A stretch of DNA of 64,000 nucleotides from Phyllobates terribilis (taxonomy: Eukaryota), in NCBI RefSeq assembly GCF_046119375.1, contig NW_027362772.1, positions 320,230,001 through 320,294,000 on the forward strand, read 5' to 3'. The position numbers were made by a program, and so were the translations under genes. Shown here in pieces: positions 30,001 to 43,755 of this stretch (within the stretch, counting starts at the first letter, position 1; every line of letters begins with the position of its first letter). Below the pieces are notes generated by a model. That model ran no database searches. It saw only the letters and a program-made list of their open reading frames with translations, and was not told where the DNA came from.

Positions 30001-33000
30001 GCACCGCTGTAAGGTCAGACGCTGAACTCGGGGCCCAGGGACACTGCACCGCTGTAAGGTCAGACGCTGAACCCGGGGCCCAGGGACACTGCACCGCTGT
30101 AAGGTCAGACGCTGAACCCGAGGCCCAGGGACACTGCACCGCTGTTAGGTCAGACGCTGAACCCGGGGCCCAGGGACACTGCACCGCTGTAAGGACAGAC
30201 GCTGAACCCAGGACCCAGGGACACTGCACCGCTGTAAGGTCAGACGCTGAACCCGGGGCCCAGGGACACTGCACCGCTGTAAGGTCAGACGCTGAACCCG
30301 GGGCCCAGGGACACTGCACCGCTGTAAGGTCAGACGCTGAACCCGGGGCCCAGGGACACTGCACCGCTGTAAGGTCAGACGCTGAACCCGGGGCCCAGGG
30401 ACACTGCACCGCTGTAAGGTCAGACGCTGAACCCGGGGCCCAGGGACACTGCAGCGCTGTAAGGTCAGACGCTGAACCCGGGGCCCAGGGACACTGCACC
30501 GCTGTAAGGTCAGACGCTGAACCCGGGGCCCAGGGACAACTGCACCACTGGAAGGTCAGACGCTGAACCCGGGGCCCAGGGACACTACACCGCTGTAAGG
30601 TCAGACGCTGAACCCGGGGCCCAGGGACACTGCACCGCTGTAAGGTCAGACGCTGAACCCGGGGCCCAGGGACACTGCACCGCTGTAAGGTCAGACGCTG
30701 AACCCGGGGCCCAGGGACACTGCACCGCTGTAAGGTCAGACGCTGAACCCGGGGCCCAGGGACACTGCACCGCTGTAAGGTCAGACGCTGAACCCGGGGC
30801 CCAGGGACACTGCACCGCTGTAAGGTCAGACGCTGAACCCGGGACCCAGGGACACTGCACCACTGTAAGGTCAGACGCTGAACCCGGGGCCCAGGGACAC
30901 TGCACCGCTGTAAGGTCAGACGCTGAACCCGGGGCCCAGGGACACTGCACCGCTGTAAGGTCAGACGCTGAACCCGAGGCCCAGGGACACTGCACCGCTG
31001 TAAGGTCAGACGCTGAACCCGGGACCCAGGGACACTGCACCGCTGTAAGGTCAGACGCTGAACCCGGGACCCAGGGACACTGCACCACTGTAAGGTCAGA
31101 CGCTGAACCCGGGGCCCAGGGACACTGCACCGCTGTAAGGTCAGACGCTGAACCTGGGGCCCAGGGACACTGCACCGCTGTAAGGTCAGACGCTGAACCC
31201 GGGGCCCAGGGACACTGCACCGCTGTAAGGTCAGACGCTGAACCCGAGGCCCAGGGACACTGCACCGCTGTAAGGTCAGACGCTGAACCCGGGACCCAGG
31301 GACACTGCACCGCTGTAAGGTCAGACGCTGAACCCGGGACCCAGGGACACTGCACCACTGTAAGGTCAGACGCTGAACCCGGGGCCCAGGGACACTGCAC
31401 CGCTGTAAGGTCAGACGCTGAACCTGGGGCCCAGGGACACTGCACCGCTGTAAGGTCAGACGCTGAACCCGGGGCCCAGGGACACTGCACCGCTGTAAGG
31501 TCAGACGCTGAACCCGGGGCCCAGGGACAACTGCACCACTGGAAGGTCAGACGCTGAACCCGGGGCCCAGGGACACTGCACCGCTGTAAGGTCAGACGCT
31601 GAACCCGGGGCCCAGGGACACTGCACCGCTGTAAGGTCAGACGCTGAACCCGGGGCCCAGGGACACTGCACCGCTGTAAGGTCAGACGCTGAACCCGGGG
31701 CCCAGGGACACTGCACCGCTGTAAGGTCAGACGCTGAACCCGGGGCCCAGGGACACTGCATCGCTGTAAGGTCAGACGCTGAACCCGGGGCCCAGGGACA
31801 CTGCACCGCTGTAAGGTCAGACGCTGAACCCGGGACCCAGGGACACTGCACCGCTGTAAGGTCAGACGCTGAACCCGGGGCCCAGGGACACTGCACCGCT
31901 GTAAGGTCAGACGCTGAACCCGGGGCCCAGGGACACTGCACCGCTGTAAGGTCAGACGCTGAACCCAGGACCCAGGGACACTGCACCACTGTAAGGTCAG
32001 ACGCTGAACCCGGGGCCCAGGGACACTGCACCGCTGTAAGGTCAGACGCTGAACCCGGGGCCCAGGGACACTGCACCGCTGTAAGGTCAGACGCTGAACC
32101 CAGGACCCAGGGACACTGCACCGCTGTAAGGTCAGACGCTGAACCCAGGGCCCAGGGAGGGACACTGCACCACTGTAAGGTCAGACGCTGAACCCGGGGC
32201 CCAGGGACACTGCACCGCTGTAAGGTCAGACGCTGAACCCGGGGCCCAGGGACACTGCACCGCTGTAAGGTCAGACGCTGAACCCGGGGCTCAGGGACAC
32301 TGCACCGCTGTAAGGTCAGACGCTGAACCCGGGGCCCAGGGACACTGCACCGCTGTAAGGTCAGACGCTGAACCCGGGGCCCAGGGACACTGCACCGCTG
32401 TAAGGTCAGACGCTGAACCCGGGGCCCAGGGACACTGCACCACTGTAAGGTCAGACTCTGAACCCGGGGCCCAGGGACACTGCACCGCTGTAAGGACAGA
32501 CGCTGAACCCGGGGCCCAGGGACACTGCACCGCTGTAAGGTCAGACGCTGAACCCGGGGCCCAGGGACACTGCACCGCTGTAAGGTCAGACGCTGAACCC
32601 GGGGCCCAGGGACACTGCACCACTGTAAGGTCAGACTCTGAACCCGGGACCCAGGGACACTGCACCGCTGTAAGGTCAGACGCTGAACCCAGGATCCAGG
32701 GACACTGCACCACTGTAAGGTCAGACGCTGAACCCGGGACCCAGGGACACTACACCACTGTAAGGTCAGACGCTGAACCCGGGGCCCAGGGACACTGCAC
32801 CGCTGTAAGGTCAGACGCTGAACCCGGGGCTCAGGGACACTGCACCGCTGTAAGGTCAGACGCTGAACCCGGGGCCCAGGGACACTGCACCACTGTAAGG
32901 TCAGACGCTGAACCCGGGACCCAGGGACACTGCACCGCTGTAAGGTCAGACGCTGAACCCGGGACCCAGGGACACTGCACCGCTGTAAGGTCAGACGCTG

Positions 33001-36000
33001 AACCCGGGGCTCAGGGACACTGCACCGCTGTAAGGTCAGACGCTGAACCCGGGGCTCAGGGACACTGCACCACTGTAAGGTCAGACACTGAACCCGGGGC
33101 CCAGGGACACTGCACCGCTGTAAGGTCAGACACTGAACCCGGGGCCCAGGGACACTGCACCGCTGTAAGGTCAGACGCTGAACCCGGGGCCCAGGGACAC
33201 CGCACCGCTGTAAGGTCAGACGCTGAACCCGGGGGCCCAGGGACACCGCACCGCTGTAAGGTCAGGCGCTGAACCCAAGGCCCAGGGACACTGCACCACT
33301 GTAAGGTCAGACGCTGAACCCGGGACCCAGGGACACTGCACCGCTGTAAGGTCAGACGCTGAACCCGGGGCCCAGGGACACTGCACCGCTGTAAGGTCAG
33401 ACTCTGAACCCGGGTCCCAGGGACACTGCACCGCTGTAAGGTCAGACGCTGAACCCGGGGCCCAGGGACACCGCACCGCTGTAAGGTCAGACGCTGAACC
33501 CGGGACCCAGGGACACCGCACCGCTGTAAGGTCAGACGCTGAACCCGGGGCCCAGGGACACTGCACCGCTGTAAGGTCAGACGCTGAACCCGGGGCCCAG
33601 GGACACTGCACCGCTGTAAGGTCAGACTCTGAACCCGGGTCCCAGGGACACTGCACCCCTGTAAGGTCAGACGCTGAACCCGGGACCCAGGGACACTGCA
33701 CCGCTGTAAGGTCAGACGCTGAACCCAGGGCCCAGGGACACTGCACCGCTGTAAGGTCAGACGCTGAACCCGGGACCCAGGGACACTGCACCGCTGTAAG
33801 GTCAGACGCTGAACCCGGGGCCCAGGGACACTGCACCGCTGTAAGGTCAGACGCTGAACCCGGGGCCCAGGGACACTGCACCGCTGTAAGGTCAGACGCT
33901 GAACCCGGGGCCCAGGGACACTGCACCGCTGTAAGGTCAGACGCTGAACCCGGGGCCCAGGGACACTGCATCGCTGTAAGGTCAGACGCTGAACCCGGGG
34001 CCCAGGGACACTGCACCGCTGTAAGGTCAGACGCTGAACCCGGGACCCAGGGACACTGCACCACTGTAAGGTCAGACGCTGAACCCGGGGCCCAGGGACA
34101 CTGCACCGCTGTAAGGTCAGACGCTGAACCCGGGGCCCAGGGACACTGCACCGCTGTAAGGTCAGACGCTGAACCCAGGACCCAGGGACACTGCACCACT
34201 GTAAAGTCAGACGCTGAACCCGGGGCCCAGGGACACTGCACCGCTGTAAGGTCAGACGCTGAACCCGGGGCCCAGGGACACTGCACCGCTGTAAGATCAG
34301 ACGCTGAACCCAGGACCCAGGGACACTGCACCGCTGTAAGGTCAGACGCTGAACCCAGGGCCCAGGGAGGGACACTGCACCACTGTAAGGACAGACGCTG
34401 AACCCGGGTCCCAGGGACACTGCACCACTGTAAGGTCAGACGCTGAACCCGGGGCCCAGGGACACTGCACCGCTGTAAGGTCAGACGCTGAACCCGGGGC
34501 TCAGGGACACTGCACCGCTGTAAGGTCAGACGCTGAACCCGGGGCCCAGGGACACTGCACCGCTGTAAGGTCAGACGCTGAACCCGGGGCCCAGGGACAC
34601 TGCACCGCTGTAAGGTCAGACGCTGAACCCGGGGCCCAGGGACACTGCACCGCTGTAAGGACAGACGCTGAACCCGGGGCCCAGGGACACTGCACCGCTG
34701 TAAGGTCAGACGCTGAACCCGGGGCCCAGGGACACTGCACCACTGTAAGGTCAGACTCTGAACCCGGGACCCAGGGACACTGCACCGCTGTAAGGTCAGA
34801 CGCTGAACCCAGGATCCAGGGACACTGCACCACTGTAAGGTCAGACGCTGAACCCGGGACCCAGGGACACTACACCACTGTAAGGTCAGACGCTGAACTC
34901 GGGGCTCAGGGACACTGCACCGCTGTAAGGTCAGACGCTGAACCCGGGGCCCAGGGACACTGCACCACTGTAAGGTCAGACGCTGAACCCGGGACCCAGG
35001 GACACTGCACCGCTGTAAGGTCAGACGCTGAACCCGGGGCTCAGGGACACTGCACCGCTGTAAGGTCAGACGCTGAACCCGGGGCTCAGGGACACTGCAC
35101 CGCTGTAAGGACAGACGCTGAACCCGGGACCCAGGGACACTGCACCGCTCTAAGGTCAGACGCTGAACCCGGGGGCCCAGGGACACCGCACCGCTGTAAG
35201 GTCAGGCGCTGAACCCAAGGCCCAGGGACACTGCACCGCTGTAAGGTCAGACGCTGAACCCGGGGCCCAGGGACACCGCACCGCTGTAAGGTCAGGCGCT
35301 GAACCCAAGGCCCAGGGACACTGCACCGCTGTAAGGTCAGACGCTGAACCCAAGGCCCAGGGACACTGCACAGCTGTAAGGTCAGACGCTGAACCCGGGG
35401 CCCAGGGACACTACACCACTGTAAGGTCAGACGCTGAACCCGGGACCCAGGGACACTGCACCGCTGTAAGGACAGACGCTGAACCCGGGACCCAGGGACA
35501 CTACACCGCTGTAAGGTCAGACGGTGAACCCGGGGCCCAGGGACTCTGCACCGCTGTAAGGTCAGACGCTGAACCCGGGGCCCAGGGACACTGCACCGCT
35601 GTAAGGTCAGACGCTGAACCTGGGGCCCAGGGACACTACACCGCTGTAAGGTCAGACGGTGAACCCGGGGCCCAGGGACTCTGCACCGCTGTAAGGTCAG
35701 ACGCTGAACCCGGGGCCCAGGGACACTGCACCGCTGTAAGGTCAGACTCTGAACCCGGGACCCAGGGACACTGCACCACTGTAAGGTCAGACGCTGAACC
35801 CGGGACCCAGGGACACTGCACAGCTGTAAGGTCAGACGCTGAACCCGGGGCCCAGGTACACTGCACCACTGTAAGGTCAGACGCTGAACCCGGGGCCCAG
35901 GGACACTGCACCACTGTAAGGTCAGACGCTGAACCCAGGGCCCAGGGACACTGCACCACTGTAAGGTCAGACGCTGAACCCGGGGCCCAGGGACACTGCA

Positions 36001-39000
36001 CCGCTGTAAGGTCAGACGCTGAACCCGGGGCCCAGGGACACTGCACCACTGTAAGGTCAGACTCTGAACCCGGGACCCAGGGACACAGCACCACTGTAAG
36101 GTCAGACGCTGAACCCGGGACCCAGGGACACAGCACCACTGTAAGGTCAGACTCTGAACCCGGGGCCCAGGGACACTGCACCACTGTAAGGTCAGACTCT
36201 GAACCCGGGACCCAGGGACACTGCACCGCTGTAAGGTCAGACGCTGAACCCGGGGCCCAGGGACACTGCACCGCTGTAAGGTCAGACGCTGAACCCAGGA
36301 CCCAGGGACACTGCACCGCTGTAAGGTCAGACGCTGAACCCGGGGCCCAGGGACACTGCACCGCTGTAAGGTCAGACGCTGAACCCGGGGCCCAGGGACA
36401 CTGCACCGCTGTAAGGTCAGACTCTGAACCCGGGTCCCAGGGACACTGCACCGCTGTAAGGTCAGACGCTGAACCCGGGGCCCAGGGACACCGCACCGCT
36501 GTAAGGTCAGACGCTGAACCCGGGGCCCAGGGACACTGCACCGCTGTAAGGTCAGACGCTGAACCCGGGGCCCAGGGACACTGCACCGCTGTAAGGTCAG
36601 ACGCTGAACCCGGTGCCCAGGGACACTGCACCGCTGTAAGGTCAGACGCTGAACCCGGGGCCAAGGGACACTGCACCGATGTAAGGTCAGACGTTGAACC
36701 CGGGACCCAGGGACACTGCACCGCTGTAAGGTCAGACGCTGAACTCGGGGCCCAGGGACACTGCACCGCTGTAAGGTCAGACGCTGAACCCGGGACCCAG
36801 GGACACTGCACCGATGTAAGGTCAGACGCTGAACCCGGGACCCAGGGACACTGCACCGCTGTAAGGTCAGACGCTGAACCCGGGACCCAGGGACACTGCA
36901 CCGCTGTAAGGTCAGACGCTGAACTCGGGGCCCAGGGACACTGCACCGCTGTAAGGTCAGACGCTGAACCCGGGACCCAGGGACACTGCACCGATGTAAG
37001 GTCAGACGCTGAACCCGGGACCCAGGGACACTGCACCGCTGTAAGGTCAGACGCTGAACCCGGGACCCAGGGACACTGCACCGCTGTAAGGTCAGACGCT
37101 GAACTCGGGGCCCAGGGACACTGCACCGCTGTAAGGTCAGACGCTGAACCCGGGGCCCAGGGACACTGCACCGCTGTAAGGTCAGACGCTGAACCCGAGG
37201 CCCAGGGACACTGCACCGCTGTTAGGTCAGACGCTGAACCCGGGGCCCAGGGACACTGCACCGCTGTAAGGACAGACGCTGAACCCAGGACCCAGGGACA
37301 CTGCACCGCTGTAAGGTCAGACGCTGAACCCGGGGCCCAGGGACACTGCACCGCTGTAAGGTCAGACGCTGAACCCGGGGCCCAGGGACACTGCACCGCT
37401 GTAAGGTCAGACGCTGAACCCGGGGCCCAGGGACACTGCACCGCTGTAAGGTCAGACGCTGAACCCGGGGCCCAGGGACACTGCACCGCTGTAAGGTCAG
37501 ACGCTGAACCCGGGGCCCAGGGACACTGCAGCGCTGTAAGGTCAGACGCTGAACCCGGGGCCCAGGGACACTGCACCGCTGTAAGGTCAGACGCTGAACC
37601 CGGGGCCCAGGGACAACTGCACCGCTGGAAGGTCAGACGCTGAACCCGGGGCCCAGGGACACTACACCGCTGTAAGGTCAGACGCTGAACCCGGGGCCCA
37701 GGGACACTGCACCGCTGTAAGGTCAGACGCTGAACCCGGGGCCCAGGGACACTGCACCGCTGTAAGGTCAGACGCTGAACCCGGGGCCCAGGGACACTGC
37801 ACCGCTGTAAGGTCAGACGCTGAACCCGGGGCCCAGGGACACTGCACCGCTGTAAGGTCAGACGCTGAACCCGGGGCCCAGGGACACTGCACCACTGTAA
37901 GGTCAGACGCTGAACCCGGGGCCCAGGGACACTGCACCGCTGTAAGGTCAGACGCTGAACCCGGGGCCCAGGGACACTGCACCGCTGTAAGGTCAGACGC
38001 TGAACCCGAGGCCCAGGGACACTGCACCGCTGTAAGGTCAGACGCTGAACCCGGGACCCAGGGACACTGCACCGCTGTAAGGTCAGACGCTGAACCCGGG
38101 ACCCAGGGACACTGCACCACTGTAAGGTCAGACGCTGAACCCGGGGCCCAGGGACACTGCACCGCTGTAAGGTCAGACGCTGAACCTGGGGCCCAGGGAC
38201 ACTGCACCGCTGTAAGGTCAGACGCTGAACCCGGGGCCCAGGGACACTGCACCGCTGTAAGGTCAGACGCTGAACCCGGGGCTCAGGGACACTGCACCGC
38301 TGTAAGGTCAGACGCTGAACCCGGGGCCCAGGGACACTGCACCGCTGTAAGGTCAGACGCTGAACCCGGGGCCCAGGGACACTGCACCGCTGTAAGGTCA
38401 GACGCTGAACCCGGGGCCCAGGGACACTGCACCGCTGTAAGGTCAGACGCTGAACCCGGGGCCCAGGGACACTGCACCGCTGTAAGGTCAGACGCTGAAC
38501 CCGGGGCCCAGGGACACTGCATCGCTGTAAGGTCAGACGCTGAACCCGGGGCCCAGGGACACTGCACCGCTGTAAGGTCAGACGCTGAACCCGGGACCCA
38601 GGGACACTGCACCGCTGTAAGGTCAGACGCTGAACCCGGGGCCCAGGGACACTGCACCGCTGTAAGGTCAGACGCTGAACCCGGGGCCCAGGGACACTGC
38701 ACCGCTGTAAGGTCAGACGCTGAACCCAGGACCCAGGGACACTGCACCACTGTAAGGTCAGACGCTGAACCCGGGGCCCAGGGACACTGCACCGCTGTAA
38801 GGTCAGACGCTGAACCCGGGGCCCAGGGACACTGCACCGCTGTAAGGTCAGACGCTGAACCCAGGGCCCAGGGAGGGACACTGCACCACTGTAAGGACAG
38901 ACGCTGAACCCGGGTCCCAGGGACACTGCACCACTGTAAGGTCAGACGCTGAACCCGGGGCCCAGGGACACTGCACCGCTGTAAGGTCAGACGCTGAACC

Positions 39001-42000
39001 CGGGGCCCAGGGACACTGCACCGCTGTAAGGTCAGACGCTGAACCCGGGGCTCAGGGACACTGCACCGCTGTAAGGTCAGACGCTGAACCCGGGGCCCAG
39101 GGACACTGCACCGCTGTAAGGTCAGACGCTGAACCCGGGGCCCAGGGACACTGCACCGCTGTAAGGTCAGACGCTGAACCCGGGGCCCAGGGACACTGCA
39201 CCACTGTAAGGTCAGACTCTGAACCCGGGACCCAGGGACACTGCACCGCTGTAAGGACAGACGCTGAACCCGGGGCCCAGGGACACTGCACCGCTGTAAG
39301 GTCAGACGCTGAACCCGGGGCCCAGGGACACTGCACCGCTGTAAGGTCAGACGCTGAACCCGGGGCCCAGGGACACTGCACCACTGTAAGGTCAGACTCT
39401 GAACCCGGGACCCAGGGACACTGCACCGCTGTAAGGTCAGACGCTGAACCCAGGATCCAGGGACACTGCACCACTGTAAGGTCAGACGCTGAACCCGGGA
39501 CCCAGGGACACTACACCACTGTAAGGTCAGACGCTGAACCCGGGGCCCAGGGACACTGCACCGCTGTAAGGTCAGACGCTGAACCCGGGGCTCAGGGACA
39601 CTGCACCGCTGTAAGGTCAGACGCTGAACCCGGGGCCCAGGGACACTGCACCACTGTAAGGTCAGACGCTGAACCCGGGACCCAGGGACACTGCACCGCT
39701 GTAAGGTCAGACGCTGAACCCGGGACCCAGGGACACTGCACCGCTGTAAGGTCAGACGCTGAACCCGGGGCTCAGGGACACTGCACCGCTGTAAGGTCAG
39801 ACGCTGAACCCGGGGCTCAGGGACACTGCACCACTGTAAGGTCAGACACTGAACCCGGGGCCCAGGGACACTGCACCGCTGTAAGGTCAGACACTGAACC
39901 CGGGGCCCAGGGACACTGCACCGCTGTAAGGTCAGACGCTGAACCCGGGGCCCAGGGACACCGCACCGCTGTAAGGTCAGACGCTGAACCCGGGGGCCCA
40001 GGGACACCGCACCGCTGTAAGGTCAGGCGCTGAACCCAAGGCCCAGGGACACTGCACCACTGTAAGGTCAGACGCTGAACCCGGGACCCAGGGACACTGC
40101 ACCGCTGTAAGGTCAGACGCTGAACCCGGGGCCCAGGGACACTGCACCGCTGTAAGGTCAGACTCTGAACCCGGGTCCCAGGGACACTGCACCGCTGTAA
40201 GGTCAGACGCTGAACCCGGGGCCCAGGGACACCGCACCGCTGTAAGGTCAGACGCTGAACCCGGGACCCAGGGACACCGCACCGCTGTAAGGTCAGACGC
40301 TGAACCCGGGGCCCAGGGACACTGCACCGCTGTAAGGTCAGACGCTGAACCCGGGGCCCAGGGACACTGCACCGCTGTAAGGTCAGACTCTGAACCCGGG
40401 TCCCAGGGACACTGCACCCCTGTAAGGTCAGATGCTGAACCCGGGGCCCAGGGACACTGCACCGCTGTAAGGTCAGACGCTGAACCCAGGGCCCAGGGAC
40501 ACTGCACCGCTGTAAGGTCAGACGCTGAACCCGGGACCCAGGGACACTGCACCGCTGTAAGGTCAGACGCTGAACCCGGGGCCCAGGGACACTGCACCGC
40601 TGTAAGGTCAGACGCTGAACCCGGGGCCCAGGGACACTGCACCGCTGTAAGGTCAGACGCTGAACCCGGGGCCCAGGGACACTGCACCGCTGTAAGGTCA
40701 GACGCTGAACCCGGGGCCCAGGGACACTGCATCGCTGTAAGGTCAGACGCTGAACCCGGGGCCCAGGGACACTGCACCGCTGTAAGGTCAGACGCTGAAC
40801 CCGGGACCCAGGGACACTGCACCACTGTAAGGTCAGACGCTGAACCCGGGGCCCAGGGACACTGCACCGCTGTAAGGTCAGACGCTGAACCCGGGGCCCA
40901 GGGACACTGCACCGCTGTAAGGTCAGACGCTGAACCCAGGACCCAGGGACACTGCACCACTGTAAAGTCAGACGCTGAACCCGGGGCCCAGGGACACTGC
41001 ACCGCTGTAAGGTCAGACGCTGAACCCGGGGCCCAGGGACACTGCACCGCTGTAAGGTCAGACGCTGAACCCAGGACCCAGGGACACTGCACCGCTGTAA
41101 GGTCAGACGCTGAACCCAGGGCCCAGGGAGGGACACTGCACCACTGTAAGGACAGACGCTGAACCCGGGTCCCAGGGACACTGCACCACTGTAAGGTCAG
41201 ACGCTGAACCCGGGGCCCAGGGACACTGCACCGCTGTAAGGTCAGATGCTGAACCCGGGGCTCAGGGACACTGCACCGCTGTAAGGTCAGACGCTGAACC
41301 CGGGGCCCAGGGACACTGCACCGCTGTAAGGTCAGACGCTGAACCCGGGGCCCAGGGACACTGCACCGCTGTAAGGTCAGACGCTGAACCCGGGGCCCAG
41401 GGACACTGCACCGCTGTAAGGACAGACGCTGAACCCGGGGCCCAGGGACACTGCACCGCTGTAAGGTCAGACGCTGAACCCGGGGCCCAGGGACACTGCA
41501 CCACTGTAAGGTCAGACTCTGAACCCGGGACCCAGGGACACTGCACCGCTGTAAGGTCAGACGCTGAACCCAGGATCCAGGGACACTGCACCACTGTAAG
41601 GTCAGACGCTGAACCCGGGACCCAGGGACACTACACCACTGTAAGGTCAGACGCTGAACTCGGGGCTCAGGGACACTGCACCGCTGTAAGGTCAGACGCT
41701 GAACCCGGGGCCCAGGGACACTGCACCACTGTAAGGTCAGACGCTGAACCCGGGACCCAGGGACACTGCACCGCTGTAAGGTCAGACGCTGAACCCGGGG
41801 CTCAGGGACACTGCACCGCTGTAAGGTCAGACGCTGAACCCGGGGCTCAGGGACACTGCACCGCTGTAAGGACAGACGCTGAACCCGGGACCCAGGGACA
41901 CTGCACCGCTCTAAGGTCAGACGCTGAACCCGGGGGCCCAGGGACACCGCACCGCTGTAAGGTCAGGCGCTGAACCCAAGGCCCAGGGACACTGCACCGC

Positions 42001-43755
42001 TGTAAGGTCAGACGCTGAACCCGGGGCCCAGGGACACCGCACCGCTGTAAGGTCAGGCGCTGAACCCAAGGCCCAGGGACACTGCACCGCTGTAAGGTCA
42101 GACGCTGAACCCAAGGCCCAGGGACACTGCACAGCTGTAAGGTCAGACGCTGAACCCGGGGCCCAGGGACACTACACCACTGTAAGGTCAGACGCTGAAC
42201 CCGGGACCCAGGGACACTGCACCGCTGTAAGGACAGACGCTGAACCCGGGACCCAGGGACACTACACCGCTGTAAGGTCAGACGGTGAACCCGGGGCCCA
42301 GGGACTCTGCACCGCTGTAAGGTCAGACGCTGAACCCGGGGCCCAGGGACACTGCACCGCTGTAAGGTCAGACGCTGAACCTGGGGCCCAGGGACACTAC
42401 ACCGCTGTAAGGTCAGACGGTGAACCCGGGGCCCAGGGACTCTGCACCGCTGTAAGGTCAGACGCTGAACCCGGGGCCCAGGGACACTGCACCGCTGTAA
42501 GGTCAGACTCTGAACCCGGGACCCAGGGACACTGCACCACTGTAAGGTCAGACGCTGAACCCGGGACCCAGGGACACTGCACAGCTGTAAGGTCAGACGC
42601 TGAACCCGGGGCCCAGGTACACTGCACCACTGTAAGGTCAGACGCTGAACCCGGGGCCCAGGGACACTGCACCACTGTAAGGTCAGACGCTGAACCCAGG
42701 GCCCAGGGACACTGCACCACTGTAAGGTCAGACGCTGAACCCGGGGCCCAGGGACACTGCACCGCTGTAAGGTCAGACGCTGAACCCGGGGCCCAGGGAC
42801 ACTGCACCACTGTAAGGTCAGACTCTGAACCCGGGACCCAGGGACACAGCACCACTGTAAGGTCAGACGCTGAACCCGGGACCCAGGGACACAGCACCAC
42901 TGTAAGGTCAGACTCTGAACCCGGGGCCCAGGGACACTGCACCACTGTAAGGTCAGACTCTGAACCCGGGACCCAGGGACACTGCACCGCTGTAAGGTCA
43001 GACGCTGAACCCGGGGCCCAGGGACACTGCACCGCTGTAAGGTCAGACGCTGAACCCAGGACCCAGGGACACTGCACCGCTGTAAGGTCAGACGCTGAAC
43101 CCGGGGCCCAGGGACACTGCACCGCTGTAAGGTCAGACGCTGAACCCGGGGCCCAGGGACACTGCACCGCTGTAAGGTCAGACTCTGAACCCGGGTCCCA
43201 GGGACACTGCACCGCTGTAAGGTCAGACGCTGAACCCGGGGCCCAGGGACACCGCACCGCTGTAAGGTCAGACGCTGAACCCGGGACCCAGGGACACTGC
43301 ACCGCTGTAAGGTCAGACGCTGAACCCGGGGCCCAGGGACACTGCACCGCTGTAAGGTCAGACGCTGAACCCGGGGCCCAGGGACACTGCACCGCTGTAA
43401 GGTCAGACTCTGAACCCGGGTCCCAGGGACACTGCACCCCTGTAAGGTCAGATGCTGAACCCGGGGCCCAGGGACACTGCACCGCTGTAAGGTCAGACGC
43501 TGAACCCAGGGCCCAGGGACACTGCACCGCTGTAAGGTCAGACGCTGAACCCGGGGCCTAGGGACACTGCACCACTGTAAGGTCAGATGCTGAACCCGGG
43601 GCCCAGGGACACCGCACCGCTGTAAGGCCAGACGCTGAACCCGGGGCCCAGGGACACCGCACCGCTGTAAGGTCAGACGCTGAACCCGGGGCCCAGGGAC
43701 ACCGCACCGCTGTAAGGTCAGACGCTGAACCCGGGGCCCAGGGACACTGCACCGC
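1..43755. repeat. 45-bp GC-rich tandem satellite, about 970 units; left end lies outside the window
   Basis: Consensus GAACCCGGGGCCCAGGGACACTGCACCGCTGTAAGGTCAGACGCT (15 G, 15 C, 10 A, 5 T) is repeated head-to-tail with point variants and occasional 46- and 49-bp units. The last intact partial unit ends at gggacactgcaccgc (43755). Confidence 0.99.

Noticed and set aside
1-43755. CENP-B box, rDNA spacer enhancer or telomeric identity for the 45-bp array
   Set aside because: No TTCG....A..CGGG motif, no rRNA or promoter sequence nearby, and no TTAGGG arrays.
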